This document shows positions 30,124 to 39,363 of a stretch of 59,986 bases of DNA, one piece after another. Under the pieces are notes generated by a model, which worked only from the letters and a program-made list of their open reading frames with translations, was not told the origin of the DNA and made no database searches. Location of the stretch: the NCBI GenBank assembly GCA_039798065.1, contig JBDKGS010000002.1, positions 1 to 59,986 on the forward strand, written 5' to 3'. Origin of the DNA: Fibrobacterota bacterium. Lineage in GTDB: Bacteria > Fibrobacterota > Fibrobacteria > UBA5070. How positions within the stretch are numbered: position 1 is the first letter of the stretch; each line of letters opens with the position of its first letter. A program made the translations under genes and the position numbers.

Positions 30124-33100
30124 ATGCATTCCAAACTGTTCCCCTGTGCGCCCAAGCGCCGTTTTCCGCGCATACTGGCCTCTTTTGTGGGTGGCGTGCT
30201 TGCGCTTTCCTCCTGCCAGGACCAGCCCGTGGCCCCCGTTGGGCCCACGACCTACACGGCTAAACTTCCGGAAATCGCGAGCCTCCATCTTCGTCCGCAG
30301 TCCGCGACCTGGAAAAACAAGGCGGACACCGGTACCGGGAAGTTGTCGGCTCCAGCCTCCAGCCAGACCGTGGAATTCGTTCGCGACAATCCCCCCAAGG
30401 ACACCACCGAAATCGTCGCCTACCGCGCCGGGGTCAAGGTGCTTTCGGCGCTGTACAAGTACGTGGATGCTGCCGAGCTCGCGGACTTGAAGAGCTACAC
30501 CACCTATCCCGTGAACACGGAAATCCTGCGTCGCATCTATCCTGCGTCCGACAAACAGACGTTCAACGCGACTCTGGCCAAGGCTTTGGTGGACGGCGAC
30601 AAGCTGGTGGACACCCTGGAGTTTTCGAGCATACTGGCAGGCGGCGTGGACTCCGCTTCCGTGTATCGCGAGGCGATGCTCTACATGGTTTCGCTCAAGA
30701 AGCCTCTGGACCAGATCGTGGCCAATTGGTCGCTGGGTCTCGACACTTCCAAGGTCAAGGTCAGAATCCGTCAGTTGGCCAGCGAAGGCCTGGTCACCGA
30801 TACATCGACCTTGTTCACCAAGTACGTGTCGGTCAAGTCTCCGCTGTTGGTGCCCACCATGCAGATCGGCGGGACGGTTTCCGTACAGGGCGCGTTCCAA
30901 TCCGACTCCGGCCTGTCCAGCTTGGGCTGGAAGGTCTTGCAGGGATCTGTCGAAGCCACGGGATTCAAACTGACATTTTCCGCTGCGGTGACAGGGGCCG
31001 AAAAGACCTGGGACCTGGCCAAGAACGCCGACGCAAGCCTTGCTGCCGGTAGCGCGGTCCCTGCCGGCACCTACACCTTGGTGGTCTGGATGACCGACTC
31101 CAAAAAACATTCCGATACCGCTCGATTCACCTTCACCATCAGCGCTCTCGTCGTTGCCGACGCGGTCCCTCCGGTCGTGACCTGGGTTTCGCCCGCCAAC
31201 ATGACCACCCAGGAACATGTCGATTCGCTTGTTTCCATGAAGGTGCAGGCCTCCGACGCATCGGGGATCGAATCGGTCACCATCGATGGAGCCGCAGCCA
31301 CCGAAGTGGACGGCATCTGGACAAGAAGCGTCATCGTTCCGGTGAACGACACCGGTTACGTGGTGGTGGCCAGCGCCAAGGACAAGTTCGGCAACGTCGC
31401 TGTCGCCTCGATCCGCGTCTCCCGAAAAGCCAAGCCGCAGCTCGACGACCCTCGGATTTCCTTGGTCTCGCCCAAGAGCGGCACAGAGATCCCCTTCGAG
31501 ACGTCTTCCGTGACGGCGACTTGGAGCGTGGTCGATCCCGTCGCGAAGATCGATTCGGTCATCATCGACGGCGTTCGCGTGACTTCCAAGGACAGCGTCT
31601 ATGCCAAGGATGTCACCTTGGATCCGACAGGTGTCGCCAAGTCCATCGAAATCAAGGTCTGGACCCGCGGAAAGCCCTTCACTTCCAGCGTAACCGCGAC
31701 AAGACTTGTCGACAAGGTAGGCCCTGCGATCGTATGGGTCGATCCGACCAGCGACCCCATTTTGGACAACAAGGATTCTTCCTACACGGTGAAGGTGAAG
31801 GCCTCCGACCTGTCGGGCGTGGACACCGTCCTGATCGACGGCAAGCCGGCCGAACTCGTTGACGGAATCTGGTCGCGCAAGATCGAAGTCGCCGTCCTCG
31901 AAAAGGGCGATTCGGTGCTGGTTCGCGCGGTCGACCGCAAGGGCAACGAATCGTCCAAAGCCATGATGTTCTACCGCAAGCCCCCCGTGGTCGCGGGTGC
32001 GCCTGTGCTCACCTTGCTAAGCCCCGCTTCCAAGACGGGAAATGTCATCCCCGTGGATTCGGCCTACGTGGTCGCTCGCTGGAAGGTGATCGACACGGCG
32101 GCGGGAATCGACGATTCGATGGTGACCATCTCCGGGGTCCGAGCCACAAAGGAAGCCGACAATTTCTACGGCGCCAAGATCGCCCTCTCGCCCAACGGCA
32201 AGGACGTGGTGGTCCAGATCCGGGCGACGAACCGACAGAACTTGACTGCCACCGACGAATTCCGCATCCAGCGCGCCAAGGACACCGTTGCTCCCAAGCT
32301 GGTGTCGATCGATGGCTCGCGCACGGTGGGATTCGATTCGACCTCGGCCAAGGTTTCGTGGAAGGTCACCGACAACGTGGGCGTCAAGTCGGTGGTCATC
32401 GGCGGCAAGCCGGCGACGGCAATCGGGGACGTGTACGCGGCGACCGTGAATCTCGCGGGCGGCGACAACCGTTTGGTGATCGTGGCGGTGGACAGCGTCG
32501 ACAACACGGTTTCGGACACGGTGATCGTGACCCGTCTGGTGGACGCCAACAAACCCGTCATCCTGTTCGTGAAGGGCGAGCAAACGATCGCCTTCGACGA
32601 GACCAGCGCGACGATTTCCGTCAAGGTGGCCGACAACCGCGGTTTGAAAACAGTGACCATCGACGGACAGATCGTGGCAGGAACCGACGGACTGTATTCG
32701 CTGGTGGTGACTGTGCCGGTCCAGGGTCGGACTGTCACGGTGAAAGCCGAAGATCTTTCGGGCAACATCGCCACCGATTCGGCCAAGATCCTGCGGGGCG
32801 GCGACAACATCGCGCCGAGCATCGTGCGCGTGTCGGGCGGGGGTGGCGTCGTATTCGACATCACTTCGGCCGAACTTGTCTGGAAAGTCACCGACAACGC
32901 CCAGGTGGCGAGCGTTCTTCTGGATGGGGTCGCGGTCACCGGCGACGCGGGTGTCTACACCAAAACCGTTTCCCTGAAACCCGATCGCAACGTCTTCAAC
33001 ATCGTTGCCAAGGACTCGGCAGGAAATGTCGCGAAGGATTCCTTCGTGGTGAACCGAGGTGGAGACCTGGTCAAACCCTCGTTGGTTCTGGTTTCGCCCA

Positions 33101-35946
33101 GCAAGGACACGACGGTTTCGGAAACCCAGACAAGCATTGACATCACGGTCAAGGCCACCGACAACAACAAGGTGACCTCGCTCACCATCGGTGGCGTGGC
33201 GGTGACAGGAACTGCCGACACCTACAAGCGGAGCGTTTCTTTGGCGGTTGGCCTGAACACCATCGTGGTGGTCGCCTCCGATTCCAGCGGGAACGATTCC
33301 ACCAGGACGATCAAGGTGACAAAATCCGCCGACGCGACGAGCCCGGTCCTTTCCCTGAAGAGCCCGAGCAAGGATACGACCGTGGTCGACGCGACATCGT
33401 CGATCGTGGTGAGCGCGACGGCGACCGACAACGTGGGCGTGCAATCCGTGACGATCGGAGGAACGGCGGCGACGCTGACCGGCGGTGTCTGGAGCGCCAC
33501 CGTGAATCTCGCCTATGGCGCCAATACGTTCAGCGTGGTAGCCAAGGATGCGGCTGGAAATTCAACTGCGGCGTCCTTGAAGGTGACTCGCCTCGACCAG
33601 ACCGCTCCGGTGGTGGTCCTCGCGAACCCGACCAAGGACACCACAGTTTCCGACGCCGCGACAACCCTCGTGGTGGGTGCCGTGGTGACAGATAATGTCG
33701 GCGTGAAATCGGTGACCATCGGCGGCAAGGCGGCGACGCTTTCGGTCGGCATCTGGAGCGCGACGGTGAATCTCGCCTACGGCGTCAACACCATCTCCGT
33801 GGTGGCGACGGATTCCGTCAACCCGACCACCACCGCTTCGGTGAAGATCACGCGCCGCGACCAGACGGCCCCCACCATTGTTGCCGATGCCAACACCAAA
33901 TCGCAATCGGTGGCCTACGCGACCACCGGCATTGTGCTTGGCTGGACAGTTTCCGACAACGTGGGCGTCACGAGCGTGACCCTCAACGGTGCAGCCAAGA
34001 CCGTCGCCGAAATCAAGGCGTCGACCGTGACGTTGGTTCCAGGCGGCAATCCGTTCGTGGTCGTGGTGACCGATGCCGGAGGCAACTCGACAAAGGACTC
34101 CATCAACATCAGCCGGACGGCCGACGCCTCGGCGCCTACCATTGCGGGAGATGCTTCGACAAAGACACAAACCGTCCCGTTTTCGACCAGCAGCATCGCG
34201 TTGAAGTGGACGGTTTCCGACGACGTCGGAGTGGCCTCCATCACCTTGAACGGCGTTGCGCAAACCGTGGCCGGCACTGTCTCGTCCACGAAGAACTTGG
34301 TGGTGGGACCGAACATCTTCGTTCTTGTGGCCACCGATGTATCCGGAAAATCCACGAAGGATTCCATCGTCATCACCCGCTCGCGCGATGCGGTCAAACC
34401 TATCGTGATGAAGAGCGCTGGCACCAGCAATCGCACGGTGATCTACGACACCGCCTCCACCACCGTTTCGTGGACGGTTTCCGACAACGACGTTCTGAAG
34501 AGCGTGGTGATCGGTGGTACCACTACCCCGGTTTCGGGCGGTGTGTACAAGAAGACGGTCTCGCTGAATGTGGGTGCGAATTCGTTCGTCATCGCGGCCA
34601 CCGATACATCGCTCAACGTGTCTTATGATACGGTGACGATCACGCGGAAAATCCCAAAGGCCATGAACTCGCCAGCCCAAGGCCACTACCTGGGCAGCAT
34701 CTACGACACGTTGACTTCATCGATGGCGGATTCTGTCCAATACAACTTGGATGGAATCACTTGGATCACCGCCAAGGCACCTTTCCTGATCAACCAGACA
34801 CGCACGTTCCAGACGCGCGCTTGGTACAAGGGTGTGGCGACCTACGACACCGTGCGGTACGTCATCCATGCAGCGAAGCCGGTTCTGAATACGATGAGTT
34901 GGAGTTCGTTCTACCTGGTCGGTGACACCCTGTACGCATCGGGTTTGAACTCGGAAGGTGGCCTAGGAGTTGGCGATAACATCGATCGCACGACACCTGT
35001 ACGTGTAACCACCGGTGTCAAATCGGTTGGCCAAGGTGCAAGGCACACGATGATCGTTAAAACCGATGGGACCCTTTGGATGGTGGGAAGAAATCATCAA
35101 GGACAGTTAGGTGATGGAACGACCATCAGCAGATCCACTCCCGTTCAAGTTCCCGGCTTTTCCAACGTGGTTGCGGCAACAGGCTTCTCGAATGGTCCTG
35201 CGGCTTCCGGCTTCAATATCACGCTATTCTTGACTTCGACAGGGGACGTATATGGGATGGGATCAAATTCGATCGGCGAACTTGGAGATGGGACCACTAC
35301 GGAAAGGCACTCGCCGGTATTGATCGCAACTGGAGCGAGTCAGATTTCGGCAGGTGCACTCCATTACGGAATTCTGAAAACCGATGGCTCGCTTTGGATG
35401 GTTGGTTTCAACGGCTATGGCGAGTTGGGTGATTCTACGCTCAACAATTCGAACGTTCCGAAGAAGGTGTTGACCGGCATCAAGTCCATCGCCGCAGGTG
35501 GAATCCACACGCTCGCCCTTGGATTGGATGGTTTCATCCGAACCTTCGGCGACGGAACCAGTGGTCAAACCTTCGGCGTGACCACTGGGCCTGATGCCAC
35601 TCCACGCAAAACCTCATTGGTCGCGGAGCAAGTGTATGCCAGCAACTATGCCTCGTACTACAAGGACGCAAGCGGAAACATCTTCGGTGCGGGTGAGAAC
35701 ACGGGGAGCAGTACAGGAATGATTCCAACATCCGGAGACGGAAAAGTTCTCAGTCCTGTCAAAATTGGATCGAACTTCAATAGCTTCGCGGTGGGCATCT
35801 ACTTCGCCATCGGCGTGACAACGGAAGGTCGTTTGGTTCGTTTTGGCTCAAACGATGAGCAGGTGGCTAATCTATTCTGGTATGGCAGCCAATTCTCCAC
35901 TGTTGTTTCACCCGACTACACTCCGATCGCGATCGCAGCGCCCTAG
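30124..35946 (+). CDS. Giant surface lipoprotein: N-terminal domain, 13 Ig-like repeats and a C-terminal RCC1-type beta-propeller
   Basis: 1940-aa ORF with lipobox 'VLALSSC' (Cys31). It has 13 tandem ~88-aa repeats with the pattern D..xP.....P......S....V.W.V.DN.GV.SV.I.G..A.......Y...V.L..G.N...V.A.D..GN......V.R. RCC1 repeats follow ('GGLGVGDN..R..P', 'HQGQLGDGTT..R..P', 'GYGELGD'). Confidence 0.85.
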   Translation: MHSKLFPCAPKRRFPRILASFVGGVLALSSCQDQPVAPVGPTTYTAKLPEIASLHLRPQSATWKNKADTGTGKLSAPASSQTVEFVRDNPPKDTTEIVAYRAGVKVLSALYKYVDAAELADLKSYTTYPVNTEILRRIYPASDKQTFNATLAKALVDGDKLVDTLEFSSILAGGVDSASVYREAMLYMVSLKKPLDQIVANWSLGLDTSKVKVRIRQLASEGLVTDTSTLFTKYVSVKSPLLVPTMQIGGTVSVQGAFQSDSGLSSLGWKVLQGSVEATGFKLTFSAAVTGAEKTWDLAKNADASLAAGSAVPAGTYTLVVWMTDSKKHSDTARFTFTISALVVADAVPPVVTWVSPANMTTQEHVDSLVSMKVQASDASGIESVTIDGAAATEVDGIWTRSVIVPVNDTGYVVVASAKDKFGNVAVASIRVSRKAKPQLDDPRISLVSPKSGTEIPFETSSVTATWSVVDPVAKIDSVIIDGVRVTSKDSVYAKDVTLDPTGVAKSIEIKVWTRGKPFTSSVTATRLVDKVGPAIVWVDPTSDPILDNKDSSYTVKVKASDLSGVDTVLIDGKPAELVDGIWSRKIEVAVLEKGDSVLVRAVDRKGNESSKAMMFYRKPPVVAGAPVLTLLSPASKTGNVIPVDSAYVVARWKVIDTAAGIDDSMVTISGVRATKEADNFYGAKIALSPNGKDVVVQIRATNRQNLTATDEFRIQRAKDTVAPKLVSIDGSRTVGFDSTSAKVSWKVTDNVGVKSVVIGGKPATAIGDVYAATVNLAGGDNRLVIVAVDSVDNTVSDTVIVTRLVDANKPVILFVKGEQTIAFDETSATISVKVADNRGLKTVTIDGQIVAGTDGLYSLVVTVPVQGRTVTVKAEDLSGNIATDSAKILRGGDNIAPSIVRVSGGGGVVFDITSAELVWKVTDNAQVASVLLDGVAVTGDAGVYTKTVSLKPDRNVFNIVAKDSAGNVAKDSFVVNRGGDLVKPSLVLVSPSKDTTVSETQTSIDITVKATDNNKVTSLTIGGVAVTGTADTYKRSVSLAVGLNTIVVVASDSSGNDSTRTIKVTKSADATSPVLSLKSPSKDTTVVDATSSIVVSATATDNVGVQSVTIGGTAATLTGGVWSATVNLAYGANTFSVVAKDAAGNSTAASLKVTRLDQTAPVVVLANPTKDTTVSDAATTLVVGAVVTDNVGVKSVTIGGKAATLSVGIWSATVNLAYGVNTISVVATDSVNPTTTASVKITRRDQTAPTIVADANTKSQSVAYATTGIVLGWTVSDNVGVTSVTLNGAAKTVAEIKASTVTLVPGGNPFVVVVTDAGGNSTKDSINISRTADASAPTIAGDASTKTQTVPFSTSSIALKWTVSDDVGVASITLNGVAQTVAGTVSSTKNLVVGPNIFVLVATDVSGKSTKDSIVITRSRDAVKPIVMKSAGTSNRTVIYDTASTTVSWTVSDNDVLKSVVIGGTTTPVSGGVYKKTVSLNVGANSFVIAATDTSLNVSYDTVTITRKIPKAMNSPAQGHYLGSIYDTLTSSMADSVQYNLDGITWITAKAPFLINQTRTFQTRAWYKGVATYDTVRYVIHAAKPVLNTMSWSSFYLVGDTLYASGLNSEGGLGVGDNIDRTTPVRVTTGVKSVGQGARHTMIVKTDGTLWMVGRNHQGQLGDGTTISRSTPVQVPGFSNVVAATGFSNGPAASGFNITLFLTSTGDVYGMGSNSIGELGDGTTTERHSPVLIATGASQISAGALHYGILKTDGSLWMVGFNGYGELGDSTLNNSNVPKKVLTGIKSIAAGGIHTLALGLDGFIRTFGDGTSGQTFGVTTGPDATPRKTSLVAEQVYASNYASYYKDASGNIFGAGENTGSSTGMIPTSGDGKVLSPVKIGSNFNSFAVGIYFAIGVTTEGRLVRFGSNDEQVANLFWYGSQFSTVVSPDYTPIAIAAP
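31165..34650 (+). repeat. 13 tandem ~264-bp coding repeats (Ig-like/cadherin-like beta-sandwich modules)
   Basis: Repeat periodicity read from the translation. The most similar neighbours are 'TIGGTAATLTGGVWSATVNLAYGANTFSVVAKDAAGN' and 'TIGGKAATLSVGIWSATVNLAYGVNTISVVATDSVNP'. Confidence 0.8.
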
Positions 35947-36007
35947 GTCGGGACTCGTTCTCCCTTCGTGGATTAGGGGGAGCTTAGGCTTGATTTCGAC
36001 TTAAAGG

Positions 36008-36031
36008 AAAGGGAGGCTCAAGCCTCCCTTT
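36008..36031. terminator. Hairpin between convergent genes (possible bidirectional terminator)
   Basis: AAAGGGAGGCT-ca-AGCCTCCCTTT is a perfect 11-nt inverted repeat flanked by A/T runs. It lies between the giant gene stop and the stop at 36103. Confidence 0.55.
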
Positions 36032-36102
36032 GTCATTGCATGCGCTTGGCCGCGCAGGGTTCGTCTTCACTCGCGTGGTTCCCGAACCTCGAACCACCTG
36101 AA

Positions 36103-37218
36103 TCAACCCTTAGCTGGTTCCGATTCCGATCCACGTGTGTCCATCGATTGGAACAGCAGGTACAGGTGGAATGGCGACGAAAGCAGCAGGTAGGAGATGT
36201 CGATCGCACTGCCCGCGATGGAGTTGACCCAACCTTCGCTCCACACGATTTGTCCGGCGTAGATGAACACCATCGCATCCATCCCCAGGATCGCGACAGA
36301 AAGCGACCATTTCCATCCGTCGCGAAGGCAAGCGACAATTGTTGTCGAGAACAGCACGATCGCGATGATCCAGCTAGGGAGGAACAGCCCCGAGACCTTG
36401 AATGGATTCCACTCCCGGAAGACAGGCAACAGCAATGGGGCGATTCCCAGGGCCGCGGTGCCGAAGACGAGGATGGAACTTTTCCACCATGCTCTGGGCG
36501 AGCGGACGAAACGCTGCATGAATAGCGGGATCATCAATTGGAACGAGATGGAACGGGTTGCCGCGGCGATGCCGAGAAGAATGGAGGAGCGTATGCCGTT
36601 GGGCGGAGTTGGGGATCGGTAAAAAGGCAGAAGAAGGACCAGGAACAGCACTGCGTTTGCGAAGATCGTGCTGCGGCACACGATTTCCCACCACAGCGCT
36701 GGCGAAAGCAGGAGTAGGCACAGAGCGGCACCCCGAGCTGCGGGTTGGCCGGAAGTCATTTTCCAAAGAAGGTGACCCATGCCCAGGACGGCGATCAGCG
36801 GAATCCACCCGACTTCGTGGATCAGATGGAAGGGCAGGGCAAAGACGAAGTAGAGCGGGAATTGGCTCGGCACGTTGGAGACGTACGGGACCTTTGGAGT
36901 GTAAGGGGGGATGCCAGCGAAGGTGTTGTCCCAGAACAGCTGGATCATCTCGAATCGGTCGACGCGAATCATGCTCGTTGGCAGGACGTGGAATGCAGTG
37001 ATGGAAACAGCGACCAGCCCGACGGCCGCGAGCAGTCCCACCAGATTTTGTCTACCCTTGCGGTCCGCCGCCGACATGGCCTTGATTCCAAGGAAAGTCA
37101 AGGCGAGGATGGCTGCCGCTCCGATCAAGGGTGCCCAGACGCTGATCCGCCCGGAATACTTGTACAGAAACAGTCCATTGACCAAAGCCCACATTCCCAA
37201 ATGCCAAATTCTGTTCAT
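36103..37218 (-). CDS. Polytopic membrane protein, GT-C-like glycosyltransferase candidate (paralog 1)
   Basis: 371 aa from 'MNRIWHLG', with at least 9 TM segments. Its ATG overlaps the stop of the upstream GT2 (ATGA). It shares 'RVDRFEM...F.......PY' and 'GWIPL' motifs with 38135..39280. Confidence 0.6.
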   Translation of the reverse strand: MNRIWHLGMWALVNGLFLYKYSGRISVWAPLIGAAAILALTFLGIKAMSAADRKGRQNLVGLLAAVGLVAVSITAFHVLPTSMIRVDRFEMIQLFWDNTFAGIPPYTPKVPYVSNVPSQFPLYFVFALPFHLIHEVGWIPLIAVLGMGHLLWKMTSGQPAARGAALCLLLLSPALWWEIVCRSTIFANAVLFLVLLLPFYRSPTPPNGIRSSILLGIAAATRSISFQLMIPLFMQRFVRSPRAWWKSSILVFGTAALGIAPLLLPVFREWNPFKVSGLFLPSWIIAIVLFSTTIVACLRDGWKWSLSVAILGMDAMVFIYAGQIVWSEGWVNSIAGSAIDISYLLLSSPFHLYLLFQSMDTRGSESEPAKG

Positions 37219-37967
37219 GGCTTGGGCCTTGGCAGCAGAAGTTTGGATTGGACGATGCCTTTGCGATGAAGGAAATACCGCCCCGCCTCCACAAGACAAC
37301 CGAATCCATAGCGCATCGAGGGCAAAAATCGGATGCTCGATGCTTCTGCGAAATAGCGGGTGGGGCACGATATTTCACCGATTTTGAAGTCGGCGGCGAT
37401 CATCTGCATGAAAAATTGGTTGTCGAAGACGAAATTGTCGGAATTGTCCTGGTAGCGAATGGTTTCCAGGACTTTGCGCGAGTATGCACGGTAGCCGGTG
37501 TGGTATTCCGAAAACTTTCGGTCACAGAGGATGTTCTGCACGAAGGTCAAAATACGGTTGCTCACGTACTTGTAGCGAGGCATACCCCCGATCAGGGCAC
37601 CCGTTCCCAGGATGCGGGAACCGATCGCCGCGTCGAATTCCCCGAACGCGATCAAGCTTGCCAGGGCGGGAATCAACTTCGGGGAATACTGGTAGTCCGG
37701 ATGCAACATCACCACGATGTCGGCTCCGGATTTCAATGCCAGATCGTAGCAGGTCTTCTGGTTGGCTCCGTACCCCAGGTTCCTGGTGTGGGAGACGGGC
37801 GACAATCCAAGCTCGAGCGCGACCTGGCTTGTCTGGTCGGTGGATCCATCGTCGACGAGGATGATGTTGTCGACGATGTCTTTCGGTATTTCACGAAAGG
37901 TTTGCTCCAACGTCGACGCCGCATTGAAGGCCGGCATCACGATGCAGATGGATTGGTTGTTCAGCAT
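37215..37967 (-). CDS. GT2 glycosyltransferase, polyprenyl-phosphate sugar synthase type (DPM1/ArnC-like)
   Basis: 250 aa with 'IVMPAFNAASTL', 'ILVDDGSTDQT' and 'VMLHPDYQYSP'. Confidence 0.85.
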   Translation of the reverse strand: MLNNQSICIVMPAFNAASTLEQTFREIPKDIVDNIILVDDGSTDQTSQVALELGLSPVSHTRNLGYGANQKTCYDLALKSGADIVVMLHPDYQYSPKLIPALASLIAFGEFDAAIGSRILGTGALIGGMPRYKYVSNRILTFVQNILCDRKFSEYHTGYRAYSRKVLETIRYQDNSDNFVFDNQFFMQMIAADFKIGEISCPTRYFAEASSIRFLPSMRYGFGCLVEAGRYFLHRKGIVQSKLLLPRPKP

Positions 37968-38134
37968 GTCGACGTAACAGGTTAAAGGAGAAAAATTTCA
38001 AGTGTTGGCGAGGTCTTGCGGAAAAGTCTTCGTTGGTAGAATGACATAATCCGGAAGGATCTGCCCGAAAGAAAGGTCTCTGGCTTGGAGCGCCTTTCCA
38101 GGAGCCGCACTGCAAGGCTAGTTTGCCGAGGGCG

Positions 38135-39280
38135 ATGTCCCACTTTACAGTCAAATCGAGGGCAAATCCCTTTGCCGGGTATTCTTGGGATACCTGGATG
38201 CTGGGAGTGGTGGTTTTGCTTTCCATGGTGGCCAACGCCGAGACGGTCGGTCGGTATGCCTCTCGCGCGGTGTTGGGTTGGAAATTGTACTGCCTGGTCG
38301 CGCTGTCCGCTGCAGCTCCGGCGATGATTCTGGCTGTGCCAAAATCCGTCCAAAGAAGACTGTATCCCTGGATCGCCATCGTCGCGGCGATGTTGTGCAT
38401 CGTGGCGTGGCACATGGTGCCCGTCGAAACCTTGCGTGTCGATCGCTGGGAATTGATGTCCAACTTCCTGCATCGATTGTTCCAAGGAGAATATCCTTAC
38501 CTGGCCTCGTCGCATCTGAATCCGGCGCCTCCCGCACCGTTTCCCTGGCTGTTCCTGGTGGGTCTGCCGGCGTGGGCGGTTGGAGAAATTGGATGGTTTC
38601 CGCTCGGCAGCCTGGTGTTGCTGGTGCTATCGGCTCCCAAGCACGCCAGGGGCATTTTGGTTTTCGCGCTGGCGACTTCGCTGCCAGTCTGGTACGAAAT
38701 CGTGGTTCGATCGAACATCGTCGCGAACGCGGCTCTTGTCGGAGCCTTCCTTTTGTCGCGTCCTTCCCGGAAATTGTCCGCGGTTGTCGTGAGCGGTGCT
38801 TTCGCAGGCGTCGTCCTTTGCACACGCGCGAGTTTCGCGGCTCCCATCCTTGTTTGGGCCGGTTCCGAATTCCTCGCCGATCGCCGCTGGAAGGATGGTG
38901 CGATCTGGAGCACGATGGCGGTCGTTGTGGCCGTGCTTCCCTTCGCCTTGCTGGTAGCCATCTGGGGATGGCCTTTGTTCTACGATTGGAACCCGTTGCG
39001 CATCCAGGGGTCCATCCAGGCGCCTTGGCTTCCGCTGACAGCTCTTGTCCTGTCGCCATGGGTGGGCGCGGCCGCGAAAACGCAGAAGGAAAAGTTGGTG
39101 GCGGCCTTCTGGGTATCGCTGATCCCGATGCTATCCCTGCTGATTCCCAACCTGCTCGATGGAACCTTCTTCAATCCGAATCGCGGGTATTTCGAGGTTG
39201 CCTTCTGGAACACGGCCTTGGTGGTTGGATTCGTGGCGGCCGCGTTGTTCGCTTCCGAAAACGAGAAGGCCATCGTTTAA
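38135..39280 (+). CDS. Polytopic membrane protein, GT-C-like glycosyltransferase candidate (paralog 2)
   Basis: About 381 aa, multi-TM, with 'RVDRWELMSNFLHRLFQGEYPY' and 'GEIGWFPLGSLVLL' parallel to paralog 1. The ORF opens at TTG 38123; the first ATG is at 38135. Confidence 0.6.
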   Translation: MSHFTVKSRANPFAGYSWDTWMLGVVVLLSMVANAETVGRYASRAVLGWKLYCLVALSAAAPAMILAVPKSVQRRLYPWIAIVAAMLCIVAWHMVPVETLRVDRWELMSNFLHRLFQGEYPYLASSHLNPAPPAPFPWLFLVGLPAWAVGEIGWFPLGSLVLLVLSAPKHARGILVFALATSLPVWYEIVVRSNIVANAALVGAFLLSRPSRKLSAVVVSGAFAGVVLCTRASFAAPILVWAGSEFLADRRWKDGAIWSTMAVVVAVLPFALLVAIWGWPLFYDWNPLRIQGSIQAPWLPLTALVLSPWVGAAAKTQKEKLVAAFWVSLIPMLSLLIPNLLDGTFFNPNRGYFEVAFWNTALVVGFVAAALFASENEKAIV

Positions 39281-39363
39281 TCTCTTCGGGTCCGATTCCT
39301 CGACCGATGCGCGTTCCAATTATTGGCGGAGCATTGCTGCGGGGTGTGTTTATCCGGAGCGTT

